In this document: piece by piece, positions 1-9,500 of the stretch | How positions within the stretch are numbered: the first letter of the stretch is position 1 | How the letters are laid out: each line of letters starts with the position of its first letter | DNA from: Hyphomicrobiales bacterium | GTDB taxonomy: Bacteria > Pseudomonadota > Alphaproteobacteria > Rhizobiales > JACESI01 | NCBI GenBank assembly: GCA_013911885.1 | Contig: JACESI010000004.1 | Coordinates: 89,607 to 153,606 of the forward strand | Reading direction: 5' to 3' | DNA length: 64,000 nt | Translations under genes and position numbers: made by a program | Notes under the pieces: model-generated | The model's input: only the letters and a program-made list of their open reading frames with translations | The model's database searches: none | What the model was told of the DNA's origin: nothing

Positions 1-1
1 C

Positions 2-1453
2 AACAAGATCGACAAGGCCGATGGACGACCGGATGAAGTTCTCGATGAAATTTTCGATCTTTTCGTCAATCTGGATGCCCACGAAGATCAGCTTGATTTT
101 CCGGTATTATACGGATCGGCGAAACAGGGTTGGATGGCGGAGGCTCCAGAGGGCCCGAAAGACAATGTCGGCCCGCTTCTTGATAAGGTGATCGACTATG
201 TGTCCGAGCCGCAGGTCGAGGAAGGCGCATTCCGAATGCTCGCCACCACGATCGAATCGAACAATTTCCTCGGGCGTATTCTGACCGGCAAGATCCTTTC
301 CGGTTCCGTGAAGCCGAACCAGGCAATCAAAGCGCTTGGGCGCGACGGCAAGGTGGTTGAAACCGGTCGCGTGACGCAGGTCCTCACCTTCCGCGGTCTC
401 GATCGCACGCCTTCCGATGAGGGCGGTGCCGCCGGCGATATCGTCTCGATTTCAGGTCTGACCAAAGCAACTGTCGCCGACACGCTGTGCGATGCGTCTG
501 TCACCGAGCCGATCAAGGCCCAGCCGATTGATCCGCCGACGCTGTCGATGACCTTCCGCATCAATGACGGCCCGCTTGCCGGCAAGGAAGGCGACAAGGT
601 CCAGAGCCGGGTCATCCGCGAGCGGCTGATGAAGGAAGCGGAAGGCAATGTCGCGATCAAGGTGACGTTCGGTTCCGACAATGATTCATTCGAGGTTGCC
701 GGACGTGGCGAGCTTTTGCTTGCGATTCTGATCGAGACCATGCGCCGCGAAGGCTTTGAACTGACGGTTGGTCGCCCCAAAGTGCTGATGCAGCGTGACG
801 CGAGCGGACAGTTGATCGAGCCGATCGAAGAAGCGATCGTGGACGTTGACGATGAGTTCTCAGGCGTGGTTGTGCAGAAATTGCAGGAACGGCGCGCGGA
901 TCTCGTGGAGATGAAACCGTCGGGTGTGGGGCGCACAAGGCTTGTTTTCCACGCGCCAACGCGCGGCCTGATCGGCTATCAGCCGGAGCTTCTGTCGGAT
1001 ACCCGCGGCACGGCGATCTTCAACCGTGTTTTCAATCGGTTCGAACCGTATCGTGGTGATATCGCGACCCGCAAAACCGGTGTTCTGATTTCGAACGGGC
1101 AGGGTGATTCGGTCGCCTATGCGCTCTTCAACCTTGAGGATCGCGGCCCCATGATGATCGGTGCGGGCGTGCCGGTCTATGAAGGCATGATCATCGGCGA
1201 GCACACGCGCGGCAATGATCTCGAGGTGAACGTCCTCAAGGGCAAGCAGCTCACCAATATCCGCTCCGCCGGCAAGGACGAGGCCGTCCGCCTTACCACG
1301 CCGCTGAAAATGACGCTTGAGCGGGCCTTGTCGTATATTTCCGATGACGAGGTCGTGGAAGTGACGCCGCACTCGATCCGCCTGCGCAAGGCGATTCTGG
1401 ATCCGATCGAGCGCAAGCGGGCCTCGAAAGCAAAAGCCCTCGAAACCTCTTGA
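2..1453 (+). CDS. typA: Translational GTPase TypA/BipA, 5' end cut by window edge
   Basis: The frame of ORF 134..1453 stays open back to nt 2. The first codons read N-K-I-D (GTPase G4 motif). The remainder (GAFRMLATTIESNNFLGRILTGKI..., ...VEVTPHSIRLRK) fits TypA/BipA domains II-V. Confidence 0.9.
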   Translation, partial: NKIDKADGRPDEVLDEIFDLFVNLDAHEDQLDFPVLYGSAKQGWMAEAPEGPKDNVGPLLDKVIDYVSEPQVEEGAFRMLATTIESNNFLGRILTGKILSGSVKPNQAIKALGRDGKVVETGRVTQVLTFRGLDRTPSDEGGAAGDIVSISGLTKATVADTLCDASVTEPIKAQPIDPPTLSMTFRINDGPLAGKEGDKVQSRVIRERLMKEAEGNVAIKVTFGSDNDSFEVAGRGELLLAILIETMRREGFELTVGRPKVLMQRDASGQLIEPIEEAIVDVDDEFSGVVVQKLQERRADLVEMKPSGVGRTRLVFHAPTRGLIGYQPELLSDTRGTAIFNRVFNRFEPYRGDIATRKTGVLISNGQGDSVAYALFNLEDRGPMMIGAGVPVYEGMIIGEHTRGNDLEVNVLKGKQLTNIRSAGKDEAVRLTTPLKMTLERALSYISDDEVVEVTPHSIRLRKAILDPIERKRASKAKALETS

Positions 1454-1499
1454 AGCGCGCCTTATTCTGGGTTTCTCCCGCGCTCTCGCAGCCCACCGG

Positions 1500-1549
1500 A
1501 TTTCATGAAATTGAAAGCCCGATTTGTCGTGCTTTTAATTTCATGAAAA
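1500..1549. promoter_or_regulatory. Two copies of the palindrome ATTTCATGAAA (1500-1510 and 1538-1548) upstream of the GNAT gene; candidate operator
   Basis: TTTCATGAAA is its own reverse complement. Two identical copies lie 38 bp apart in the 156-nt typA-GNAT spacer. Confidence 0.3.
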
Positions 1550-1609
1550 CCTGTATTTTATCTCTCAGGGGATCTTTCGGTCCGGCAAAAGCTGCGCTAC
1601 GCTTTCGTC

Positions 1610-2119
1610 ATGAAACTGGCATCGATCGATATCCACCGTGCTCGGGAGAGCGAAGCGCCGGATGTGGCAAGCGTCCATCTGGCTTCCTGGCGTTCGGCCT
1701 ATCGGGGGATCATCCCGCACACCACGCTGGAGCAGATGATTGCGCGGCGCGGCGACAATTGGTGGAAACGTGCCATCGGTCGTGGTGCGCATGTTCTCGT
1801 GATCAATTTTAACGGAATGATCGTCGGCTATGCCACCCTCGGCATCAACCGGGCGCGCACCTTGCCGCATGATGGCGAAATCTATGAAATCTACATGATG
1901 CCTGAATATCAGGGTATCGGCCTCGGCAAGCAATTATTCCAGAACGCGCGGCGCACGCTCATCAATTACGGATTGAAGACCAGCCTGCTCTGGGTGCTTC
2001 AGGAAAATGAACCGGCATGCCGGTTTTATGCGGCGCTCGGCGGCAAGATCGTTGCCCGCTCGAATGAGACATTCGGCAATCGCAATCTCGTCAAACTTGC
2101 TTATTCCTGGGGCGCTTAG
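1610..2119 (+). CDS. GNAT family N-acetyltransferase
   Basis: 169 aa. Acetyl-CoA binding-type segment YEIYMMPEYQGIGLGKQLF (Q/RxxGxG/A pattern), followed by RFYAALGG. Confidence 0.75.
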   Translation: MKLASIDIHRARESEAPDVASVHLASWRSAYRGIIPHTTLEQMIARRGDNWWKRAIGRGAHVLVINFNGMIVGYATLGINRARTLPHDGEIYEIYMMPEYQGIGLGKQLFQNARRTLINYGLKTSLLWVLQENEPACRFYAALGGKIVARSNETFGNRNLVKLAYSWGA

Positions 2120-2212
2120 CCTCAACGCGCACCCTTCTCATCCAGGCATTGCATCGCGGCGCGTGCTCGCTTATGGCTAGCGCATCTTTTCCTTCTGAGA
2201 AACGAGAATTCA

Positions 2213-2767
2213 ATGCGTCTTGATGCCGTGCCGATTGGCAAAAATCCTCCCCATGAAGTGAATGTGCTGATCGAGGTTCCGGTTGGCGGCGAGCCGATCA
2301 AATATGAGATGGACAAGGCCGCGGGCACGATGTTCGTTGACCGGTTCCTGTATACGCCGATGCGGTATCCCGGCAATTATGGCTTCATCCCGCATACGCT
2401 TTCCGAGGATGGCGATCCGATCGATGTGCTGGTTCCGAACCAGCGTCCGATCATGCCGGGGGCTGTCATGGCCTGCCGTCCGATCGGGGTGCTGACCATG
2501 GAAGATGAGGCGGGTATGGATGAGAAGATCATCGCCGTGCCGACAGCAAAACTCACCATGCGCTATAATTCGGTGATCAATGTTACCGATCTGCCGGACA
2601 TTACCCTGAAGCAGATCGCCCATTTCTTCGAGCATTACAAGGATCTCGAAACCTCGAAATGGGTCAAGGTTTTGGGATGGGGCGACGCGGAAGCGGCACG
2701 CCGGATGATTGTCGAATCGATTGACCGGGCGAATGGTGCGAATGTCGGCTACAAGGGTGACCAGTAG
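2213..2767 (+). CDS. ppa: Inorganic pyrophosphatase
   Basis: 184 aa with family-I PPase motifs: [38 protein letters not shown]. Confidence 0.95.
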   Translation: MRLDAVPIGKNPPHEVNVLIEVPVGGEPIKYEMDKAAGTMFVDRFLYTPMRYPGNYGFIPHTLSEDGDPIDVLVPNQRPIMPGAVMACRPIGVLTMEDEAGMDEKIIAVPTAKLTMRYNSVINVTDLPDITLKQIAHFFEHYKDLETSKWVKVLGWGDAEAARRMIVESIDRANGANVGYKGDQ

Positions 2768-2785
2768 CTACTGGATCAGGACCAG

Positions 2786-3082
2786 TCAGTAGCCAATGAC
2801 CGCCGGTCGGATTGTCGTTTGAATGAATGTCTGCAGGAAGAACAGGATCACAAGAAGGATGATCGGCGACACGTCAAGACCGCTGAAGGGCGGAATGAAG
2901 CGGCGGATCGGACGCAGCAAAGGCTCGGTCAACTGATAGAGCATGTTGCCGATTGATGCGATGAACTGATTGTTCGGGTTGACGATGTTGAAGGCATAGA
3001 GCCATGAGAAAATGGCGCTCGCGATGATCAAAAACCACACGATGTTGAAGATGAGATCAATGGTGGCGAAAAGAGCGATCAT
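2786..3082 (-). CDS. yggT: YggT family membrane protein
   Basis: Hydrophobic 98-aa product from the internal ATG at 3082 (MIALFATIDLIFNIVWFLII...PIRRFIPPFSGLDVSPIILL). The upstream part of ORF 2786..3211 looks non-coding and overlaps a terminator. Confidence 0.8.
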   Translation of the reverse strand: MIALFATIDLIFNIVWFLIIASAIFSWLYAFNIVNPNNQFIASIGNMLYQLTEPLLRPIRRFIPPFSGLDVSPIILLVILFFLQTFIQTTIRPAVIGY

Positions 3083-3210
3083 GCCTGCGGTCCGTTTCGG
3101 TTGGTGTCGTGGTCCTGCGGACCTTTCCTGAGAGCCAGATAGACAGACACCTCTGAAATTGCAAGCCCATGCCAGCGTCACGGTTACCGCGCGCGCGTGT
3201 CTTTCAGCCA

Positions 3211-3254
3211 AAAGAAAACGGACAAGGGATGACTAAAACACGATCCCTTGTCCG
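3211..3254 (-). terminator. Rho-independent terminator (minus-strand orientation)
   Basis: Perfect 10-bp stem ggacaaggga (3220-3229) / tcccttgtcc (3245-3254). On the minus strand it is followed by gttttcttt (3211-3219). Confidence 0.65.
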
Positions 3255-3524
3255 GCACGCAACCAAATTCAAAGCTGACAGACGCAAAACCAGACAGTCA
3301 GCCGCATCACTATGGCGCAATCTCGTTTCCAAGTTCTGAATGGAAATTACACAACATCTAGATAATATTTTCTTGATTATCCTACATGTTGTAAGAATTT
3401 AGCAATTCTTCAGATTATAAGGTCGATTTGGCGTAGAATTATTGCAAAATGAGAGACATGTCCGGCAAAAATTGCCGAAAAAAGTTTCATGGGAAAGTTT
3501 TACTGCTTGTCAGAAAGCGCTCAG

Positions 3525-4247
3525 CTAGGCCGCGCGGGGATCGGCGGCAAGCCAATTGTCGAGAAACGCATCAAGCCAGCGGGCGATTGCCGCATCATAA
3601 AGCAGGCGGCCTTCGAGATGCTCGCGCCGGCCCTGCGCGCCCGGCATCCTGGTACGCTCGAACCCGCGGATCAGCCAGCGATAATGCATCGCCAGGGTAA
3701 GCTCTGTATGAAACTGCACGCCGAATGCCGCTGGCCCGACCGAAAAGGCCTGGTTCTCGAAAATATCCCCCTTCATCAGGAGTTCCGTGCCGCGGGGAAT
3801 GGTGAAGCCTTCTCGGTGCCATTGGTAAAAATGGCTCGCAGCCGGCGGCATCACCGCGTTTGTCGTATCAGTGCGCAGATCATGGACGCGGTAATAGCCG
3901 ACCTCCGCCATCCCCTCCGCATGGGCGGTGACGTCGCCGCCGAGATGTTTGACCAGCATTTGTGCGCCGAGGCAGATGCCGAAAAAGGGCGCCTTTTCAT
4001 CAAGTGGAATGCCGCACCAGTCAATTTCCCTTTTGACAAAGTCCTCCGGGTCATTCGCACTCATCGGGCCGCCGAAAATCACGACGCCCTTGTGGTCTTC
4101 CATCGTGACAGGCAAAGGCTCGCCAAGCGGTGGTCGGCGGATATCAAGGGCATAGCCCTTTTCCACAAGCATTCGCCCGATTCGTCCGGGCGAGGAGGTT
4201 GCCTGGTGCAGAACGATCAGAATTCTGGGTGGTTGGTCGCTTTCCAT
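3525..4247 (-). CDS. Class I (type 1) glutamine amidotransferase, GuaA-N-like
   Basis: 240 aa. Nucleophile-elbow motif FFGICLGAQML and a downstream HxE-type segment (FGVQFHTE). Confidence 0.8.
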   Translation of the reverse strand: MESDQPPRILIVLHQATSSPGRIGRMLVEKGYALDIRRPPLGEPLPVTMEDHKGVVIFGGPMSANDPEDFVKREIDWCGIPLDEKAPFFGICLGAQMLVKHLGGDVTAHAEGMAEVGYYRVHDLRTDTTNAVMPPAASHFYQWHREGFTIPRGTELLMKGDIFENQAFSVGPAAFGVQFHTELTLAMHYRWLIRGFERTRMPGAQGRREHLEGRLLYDAAIARWLDAFLDNWLAADPRAA

Positions 4248-4269
4248 TGTTCTTTTGAAATATCAGTGC

Positions 4270-4734
4270 TCAGCCGTGTTCTGCAAGGCGCGCTTCGACG
4301 CGCTGGCGCAACAAGACGCGCTCCCGTGTCTCGACGCCCAGAAGTTCGGCAACGCGCCAGACCACATTGTCCTCAAGTTCGTGCACCACGCCATCCACGA
4401 GCACGATCTCCCAAAGCATTTCCACGATGGCCTCGCGGCCTGGGTGGTCGAGACTGCGCTTCAGAACACTGGTAAAGGCATAAAAGTCGACGGAATTGTT
4501 GTCGGCTTCCGCGCCTTCACGGATCAATTCGTCGAGTTCATCCGGCTTGAGCGCATAGTGGCGTTTGAGAGTGCTTTTCAGAGCATTCTGCTCGGCGGCG
4601 CGCACGGTTCCGTCTGCGAGCATGGCATGGGTCAGAAGGGCTGCGGCGGCAAGACGATGATCGTTCTCATCGAAGTGGATAGGATTATCAGCGCGCGACA
4701 CCGTTTTGAAAAAATGTCTGATCGTTTCGAACAA
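4270..4734 (-). CDS. TerB-family (tellurite-resistance-like) protein
   Basis: TerB-like repeat pattern (AAALLTHAMLADGTVRAAEQNAL...; LWEIVLVDGVVHELEDNVVWRVAELLGV). The start is taken as TTG at 4734 (MFETIRHFF, preceded by gagtggggg). The ORF could extend to 4791. Confidence 0.7.
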   Translation of the reverse strand: MFETIRHFFKTVSRADNPIHFDENDHRLAAAALLTHAMLADGTVRAAEQNALKSTLKRHYALKPDELDELIREGAEADNNSVDFYAFTSVLKRSLDHPGREAIVEMLWEIVLVDGVVHELEDNVVWRVAELLGVETRERVLLRQRVEARLAEHG

Positions 4735-4810
4735 GCACAACCCCCACTCTCGAATAATTGATACTTTATCCGATGATCGAAAAGGCTGCAATTCGGGCTG
4801 ATGGCATAAT

Positions 4811-4850
4811 TTGTTATGTGATATTGTTATGTAATATCATTGATAACACA
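4811..4850. promoter_or_regulatory. AT-rich direct/inverted repeat cluster in the divergent TerB / alcohol dehydrogenase promoter region
   Basis: ttgttatgtgatattgttatgtaatatcattgataacaca contains TTGTTATGT twice, the inverted arms gatatt/aatatc, and gttat/ataac. Confidence 0.3.
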
Positions 4851-4873
4851 ATCAGGAACGGCTGGGGTGCGGC

Positions 4874-6016
4874 ATGTCTATCATCAATTATTTGACGCAA
4901 ATTCGCTTTGCGCATGGCGCGATCAAGGCGATTGGTGAGGATATTGCCGCGCTCGGTCTGACCCGCTTGCTTGTCGTGAGCGACAAGGGGGTGCGGGCGG
5001 CGGGGCTTGTCGATCGTGTCACCAGTCATTTCCCGGAAGGCTGCGGCTATATCGTGTTCGACGATGTACCGTCCAATCCGACGGAGCGTGCCATGAAGGC
5101 GGCGCTCGAAGTCTATCGCGACGAGATGTGCGACGGACTGGTCGCGATTGGCGGCGGATCGCCGATCGATCTTGCGAAAGCCGTGGCGCTGATGGCAACC
5201 CATCCGGGTGTGCTCGAAGATTATGCCGTCATCCATGGCGGCCTTGGCCGTATCACGGCAGCGGTTGCGCCGCTCATCGCGGTGCCAAGCACGGCTGGAA
5301 CCGGCAGCGAAGTTGGCCGCGGTGCGTTGATGACGCTCGATGACGGCCGCAAGCTCGGCATTATCGCGCCGCATCTCATTCCGAAGCGCGCGATCTGCGA
5401 TCCCGATCTGACGCTGGGGCTGCCGCCGCTGCTGACCGCGGCCACAGGCATGGATGCGCTTACCCATTGTATCGAGACCTATCTCTCGCCCCGCATCAAC
5501 CCGCCCGCCGATGCGATTGCGCTCGATGGCCTCGAGCGGGCGGTGACATGGATTGTCGAGGCCACACGAAATGGCGATAACCGCGAGGCACGCTACCAGA
5601 TGATGATGGCCTCGCTTGAAGGCGGCATGACCTTTCAGAAAGGCCTCGGCGCGGTGCATTCCATGTCGCATCCGCTCGGTGGCGTCGAAGATCTGGCGCT
5701 TCATCACGGCACGCTGAATGCGATTATCCTGCCCGCTTGCCTGCGCTTCAATGCGCCGGCCGCAACGGAAAAATTCGAAAAACTGCGTACCGTCATGGGT
5801 CTTGAACCGGGCGCGGATCTTGCTGTTTTCATCGAGCGGCTGGTCGGTGACAAGCTCAAGCTTCCAACGTCACTTGATGCGATGGGCGTGACGGAGCGCC
5901 TTATTCCGGCAATGGTAAAGGGCGCGATGGCCGATCATTCGACGCCAACCAATGCGCGGCCCATCGATGAACATGATTTCTATCATCTGTTCAACCAGGC
6001 GATGCTGGGCTGGTAG
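4874..6016 (+). CDS. Iron-containing (group III) alcohol dehydrogenase
   Basis: 380 aa. Motifs GGGSPIDLAKAV, PSTAGTGSEV, and His-rich metal site ...THCIETY...GAVHSMSHPLGG. Confidence 0.85.
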   Translation: MSIINYLTQIRFAHGAIKAIGEDIAALGLTRLLVVSDKGVRAAGLVDRVTSHFPEGCGYIVFDDVPSNPTERAMKAALEVYRDEMCDGLVAIGGGSPIDLAKAVALMATHPGVLEDYAVIHGGLGRITAAVAPLIAVPSTAGTGSEVGRGALMTLDDGRKLGIIAPHLIPKRAICDPDLTLGLPPLLTAATGMDALTHCIETYLSPRINPPADAIALDGLERAVTWIVEATRNGDNREARYQMMMASLEGGMTFQKGLGAVHSMSHPLGGVEDLALHHGTLNAIILPACLRFNAPAATEKFEKLRTVMGLEPGADLAVFIERLVGDKLKLPTSLDAMGVTERLIPAMVKGAMADHSTPTNARPIDEHDFYHLFNQAMLGW

Positions 6017-6035
6017 GCAGCGCTTGCAATTCCCG

Positions 6036-6497
6036 TCAGTCGCGGATGAGCTTACCCTCATAGCGGGCCTCGGAACCTTCGATGACGGTCGCACCGACGA
6101 GGCGGGCATAGAAATCGACCGGCCCCGCCCAGCCGATCACGGCATAGACATGACCTTTCGCAATCATGGCATCGAGTGCTGCGAATAGCAGGGCCGCACC
6201 AAGCCCCTTGCCGCGCGCGTTCTTGTCGACCCCGGTCGGACCAAAGAGCCCGATGGCGCTTGCATCATGGCAAGCAAAACCGAGCACGCGGCGATCCTCG
6301 ACAGCAATCAGCGCACCGACCGGCGAGGCATGGGCCCCGCGCTCGAACTCGTCAGCCCAGCCGCGGCTGAAAGTTTGTTCGATCCAGGCGCTGACCTTCG
6401 AAATTTCGGCTGGCATGACCGGACGAATGCTGATGCCCGCCGGCAGAGCAGGACGCTCTGCCGGAAGGTCATAAAGTTTGACCAGAAGATCAGGCAT
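6036..6497 (-). CDS. GNAT family N-acetyltransferase
   Basis: 153 aa with NARGKGLGAALLFAAL (RxxGxG/A acetyl-CoA loop). The start lies 6 nt after the stop of the upstream glutamate dehydrogenase gene. Confidence 0.7.
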   Translation of the reverse strand: MPDLLVKLYDLPAERPALPAGISIRPVMPAEISKVSAWIEQTFSRGWADEFERGAHASPVGALIAVEDRRVLGFACHDASAIGLFGPTGVDKNARGKGLGAALLFAALDAMIAKGHVYAVIGWAGPVDFYARLVGATVIEGSEARYEGKLIRD

Positions 6498-6502
6498 GAA
6501 GA

Positions 6503-9500
6503 CTAGCGCCTCCGGGCCAGTTCTTCGAGGAGATTTGCTGCAACTGAGAGCTTGGCAACGCTCAGGCTGTTGCCGGATAGAATGCCGTCAATCACGCGGC
6601 GCGCCTCGTCAACCGCTTTACGGTTCGCATTCTGCCAAGTGCCTACTGCCCCGGATCCGGGTTGGTTCACGAGCACTTCCCGAGTCATTTCCGCATGAGC
6701 GCGGGCGAGTTGCGCCCGTCCGCGGCTGATCGCCAGCCCGTCATAATAGTCATTCGCCGCGACATCCGCCGCAAGGGTGTCGATGCGGCTGATCAGGAAA
6801 AGATCGTCAAGGGCAAAATAGGCCGCGGCCCCTTCTGCGAGCGGGCGCTTTGTCATGTCGCTTATGCCAATGATATTCGGGACAAGGTCAAGCACCGGCA
6901 AGACCGCGAAATCATGGGCTATCGCATCCGGGACACCGGATTTCTGATAATGCTTGCGGCGTTTCTCATAAGCGGTCTTCATATAACGCGGCAGCATTGC
7001 CACGATTTTCGGTGACAGGGTGCGGATCCCGGCGGCGATCTTTTCGACCTCAGGCGCAATGCCTTTGGCGAATGTGGTATTTCGCAACACCCAGACGGTC
7101 TGATTGATCAGGATTTGCCGAAGCAATGCATAAAGCTCGAGCTGCACAGCGCCGCGCACCTTGGTGTCGAGCTGATCGAGGCAGGCATTAAGAGCTTGCA
7201 TGTCGAACGCATCGCGCACGACGATATAAGCCTGGGCGATGGCGGCAGGATCTGCCACCACCTCCTGACGGATGCGCTCAAGATAAGTGGCGCCACCGCG
7301 ATTGATCATCGCATTGCTGACCTGTGTCGCGATTATTTCCCGGCGCAGCTTGTGACCGGCGATCTCGCTTGCATATTTCTTCTGCATCTTTTCCGGAAAA
7401 TAGCGAACCAGTTCGCGCGCAAGATAGGGATCGTCCGGCATCGTGCTTTCCAGCAGATCATCGAAGAGAACGATTTTTGCATAAGCGAAAATAACGCCGA
7501 TTTCCGCACGGGTAAGAGGCTCGCCTGAGGCGCGCCGTTCTCCCAGCGTCTGATTGTCTGGCAGTACTTCCACCCGGCGGTTGAGAAGGCCGCGCGCCTC
7601 CAGCGCCTGCATGGTGCGGGTCTGATCATCGAAATCGCTCATTCCAGCGCGCTGTGTGATCGAGATCGAAAGAGTCTGTTGATAATTGTTGCGAAGAACC
7701 AGGGCTGCGACCTCATCGGTCATGGCGACCAGAAGCTTGTTGCGTTCGGGAATGGTGAGCGCGCCCGCGCGGACGGCAGCGCCGAGCGCGATCTTGATGT
7801 TGACCTCCACGTCGGAAGAATTGACCCCGGCCGAATTGTCGATCGCATCAGAGTTCGAACGACCGCCGCGCCGGTTATAGGCAATCCGCGCGCGCTGGGT
7901 CATGCCGAGATTGGCACCCTCGCCGATCACCTTTGCGCCGACCTCCGAGGCCTCGATACGGATTGGATCATTGGCGCGGTCGCCGACGTCAGCATTGGTT
8001 TCGTTCGGACCACGGATATAGGTGCCAATACCGCCGAACCAGAACAGTTCAACATTCATTTTGAGAATGGCCTGCATCAGTTCGAAAGGTGACATGGCCG
8101 CCTTCTTGACGCCGAGCATTGCCTGGATCTCTGGCGTGAGGGCAATCGATTTCAGACTACGCGGGAATATACCGCCGCCTTTAGAGATGAGCGATTGATC
8201 GTAATCCTGCCAGCTCGAGCGGCCAAGACTGAAAATCCGCTGCCGCTCAGCGAAGGAAGCATCGCAATCCGGGTTCGGATCAATGAAAATGTCGCGGTGA
8301 TCGAAGGCTGCGACGAGTTTCGTCGCCCGCGAGAGAAGCATCGCATTGCCAAACACATCACCCGACATGTCGCCGACACCGGCAACCGTGAAGGGTTCGG
8401 TCTGGATGTCCTTGTCCATCTCGCGAAAATGGCGCTTGACGGCTTCCCAGCCGCCGCGAGCGGTGATGCCCATTTTCTTGTGGTCATAGCCTGCCGACCC
8501 GCCGGAAGCGAAGGCATCATCGAGCCAGAAATCATAAGACTGGCTGATTCCGTTTGCGATATCGGAGAAAGTGGCTGTCCCCTTGTCGGCGGCAACCACG
8601 AGATAGGGGTCGTCACCTTCATGACGCACAACATCTTTCGGATGGATCACCCGGTCGCCGTCGAGATTGTCTGTGAGTTCCAGAAGGTTGGAGACAAAGA
8701 TTTTATAAGCGGCGGTGCCCTCGCTCAGATACTCGTCGCGGCTCATGCCGGGCGAGAGTTTCTTCGGTACAAAGCCGCCTTTGGAGCCAACCGGCACGAT
8801 CACGGCGTTCTTGACCTGCTGGGCCTTGACCAGACCCAGAACTTCCGTTCTGAAATCTTCCGGCCTGTCGGACCAGCGCAGGCCGCCGCGCGCGACCTTG
8901 CCGAAACGCAGATGGAGACCTTCGAGGCGCGGGCTTGTCATGAAGATTTCGCGGAAGGGGCGCGGTTCCGGAATGCCGTCGATGGTGCGCGGGGCGAGTT
9001 TCAGCGAGACTTCGGTAAACGGCGCGCTAGTCGCATCACGCTTGAAGAAATTGGTTCGCACCGACCCCATGATGATGTCGCGGAAGCGGCGGATGATCTG
9101 GTCCTCATCGAGGTTGCTGACGGCATCGAGTGCGGTTTCGATCTGTTGCAGTATTGCCGTTTGCGCCTTGTCCCGGGCTTTGATCTTGGGATCGAAGCGG
9201 GCGTGGAACAGCGCCACGAGACTGGCCGCGACCGGGGCGTTGCGGTTCATTGCCTGCCACATATATTCCTGACTGTAGGCGACGCCGATCTGTTGCATAT
9301 AGCGCGAGACGGTTCGCAGCATCGCGACATCGCGCCAGTTCAGCCCGGCGGTGACGGCAAGGGCATTGTAGCCATCATTGCCGGTCTGGTCCTGCCAGAT
9401 GGCGAGCAGCATGGCTTCCAGACGTTCCTTCGCTTCATCCAAATCGATCTGTTTGCCGGAACTCGTCTCCAGTGTCATGTCGTGCAGATAGCGCACATTG

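Noticed and set aside
4270-4734. A TerB-family gene as a tellurite-resistance operon.
   Set aside because: No terZ/A/C/D/E or other ter genes are nearby. It is a stand-alone TerB-domain protein followed by a glutamine amidotransferase gene.
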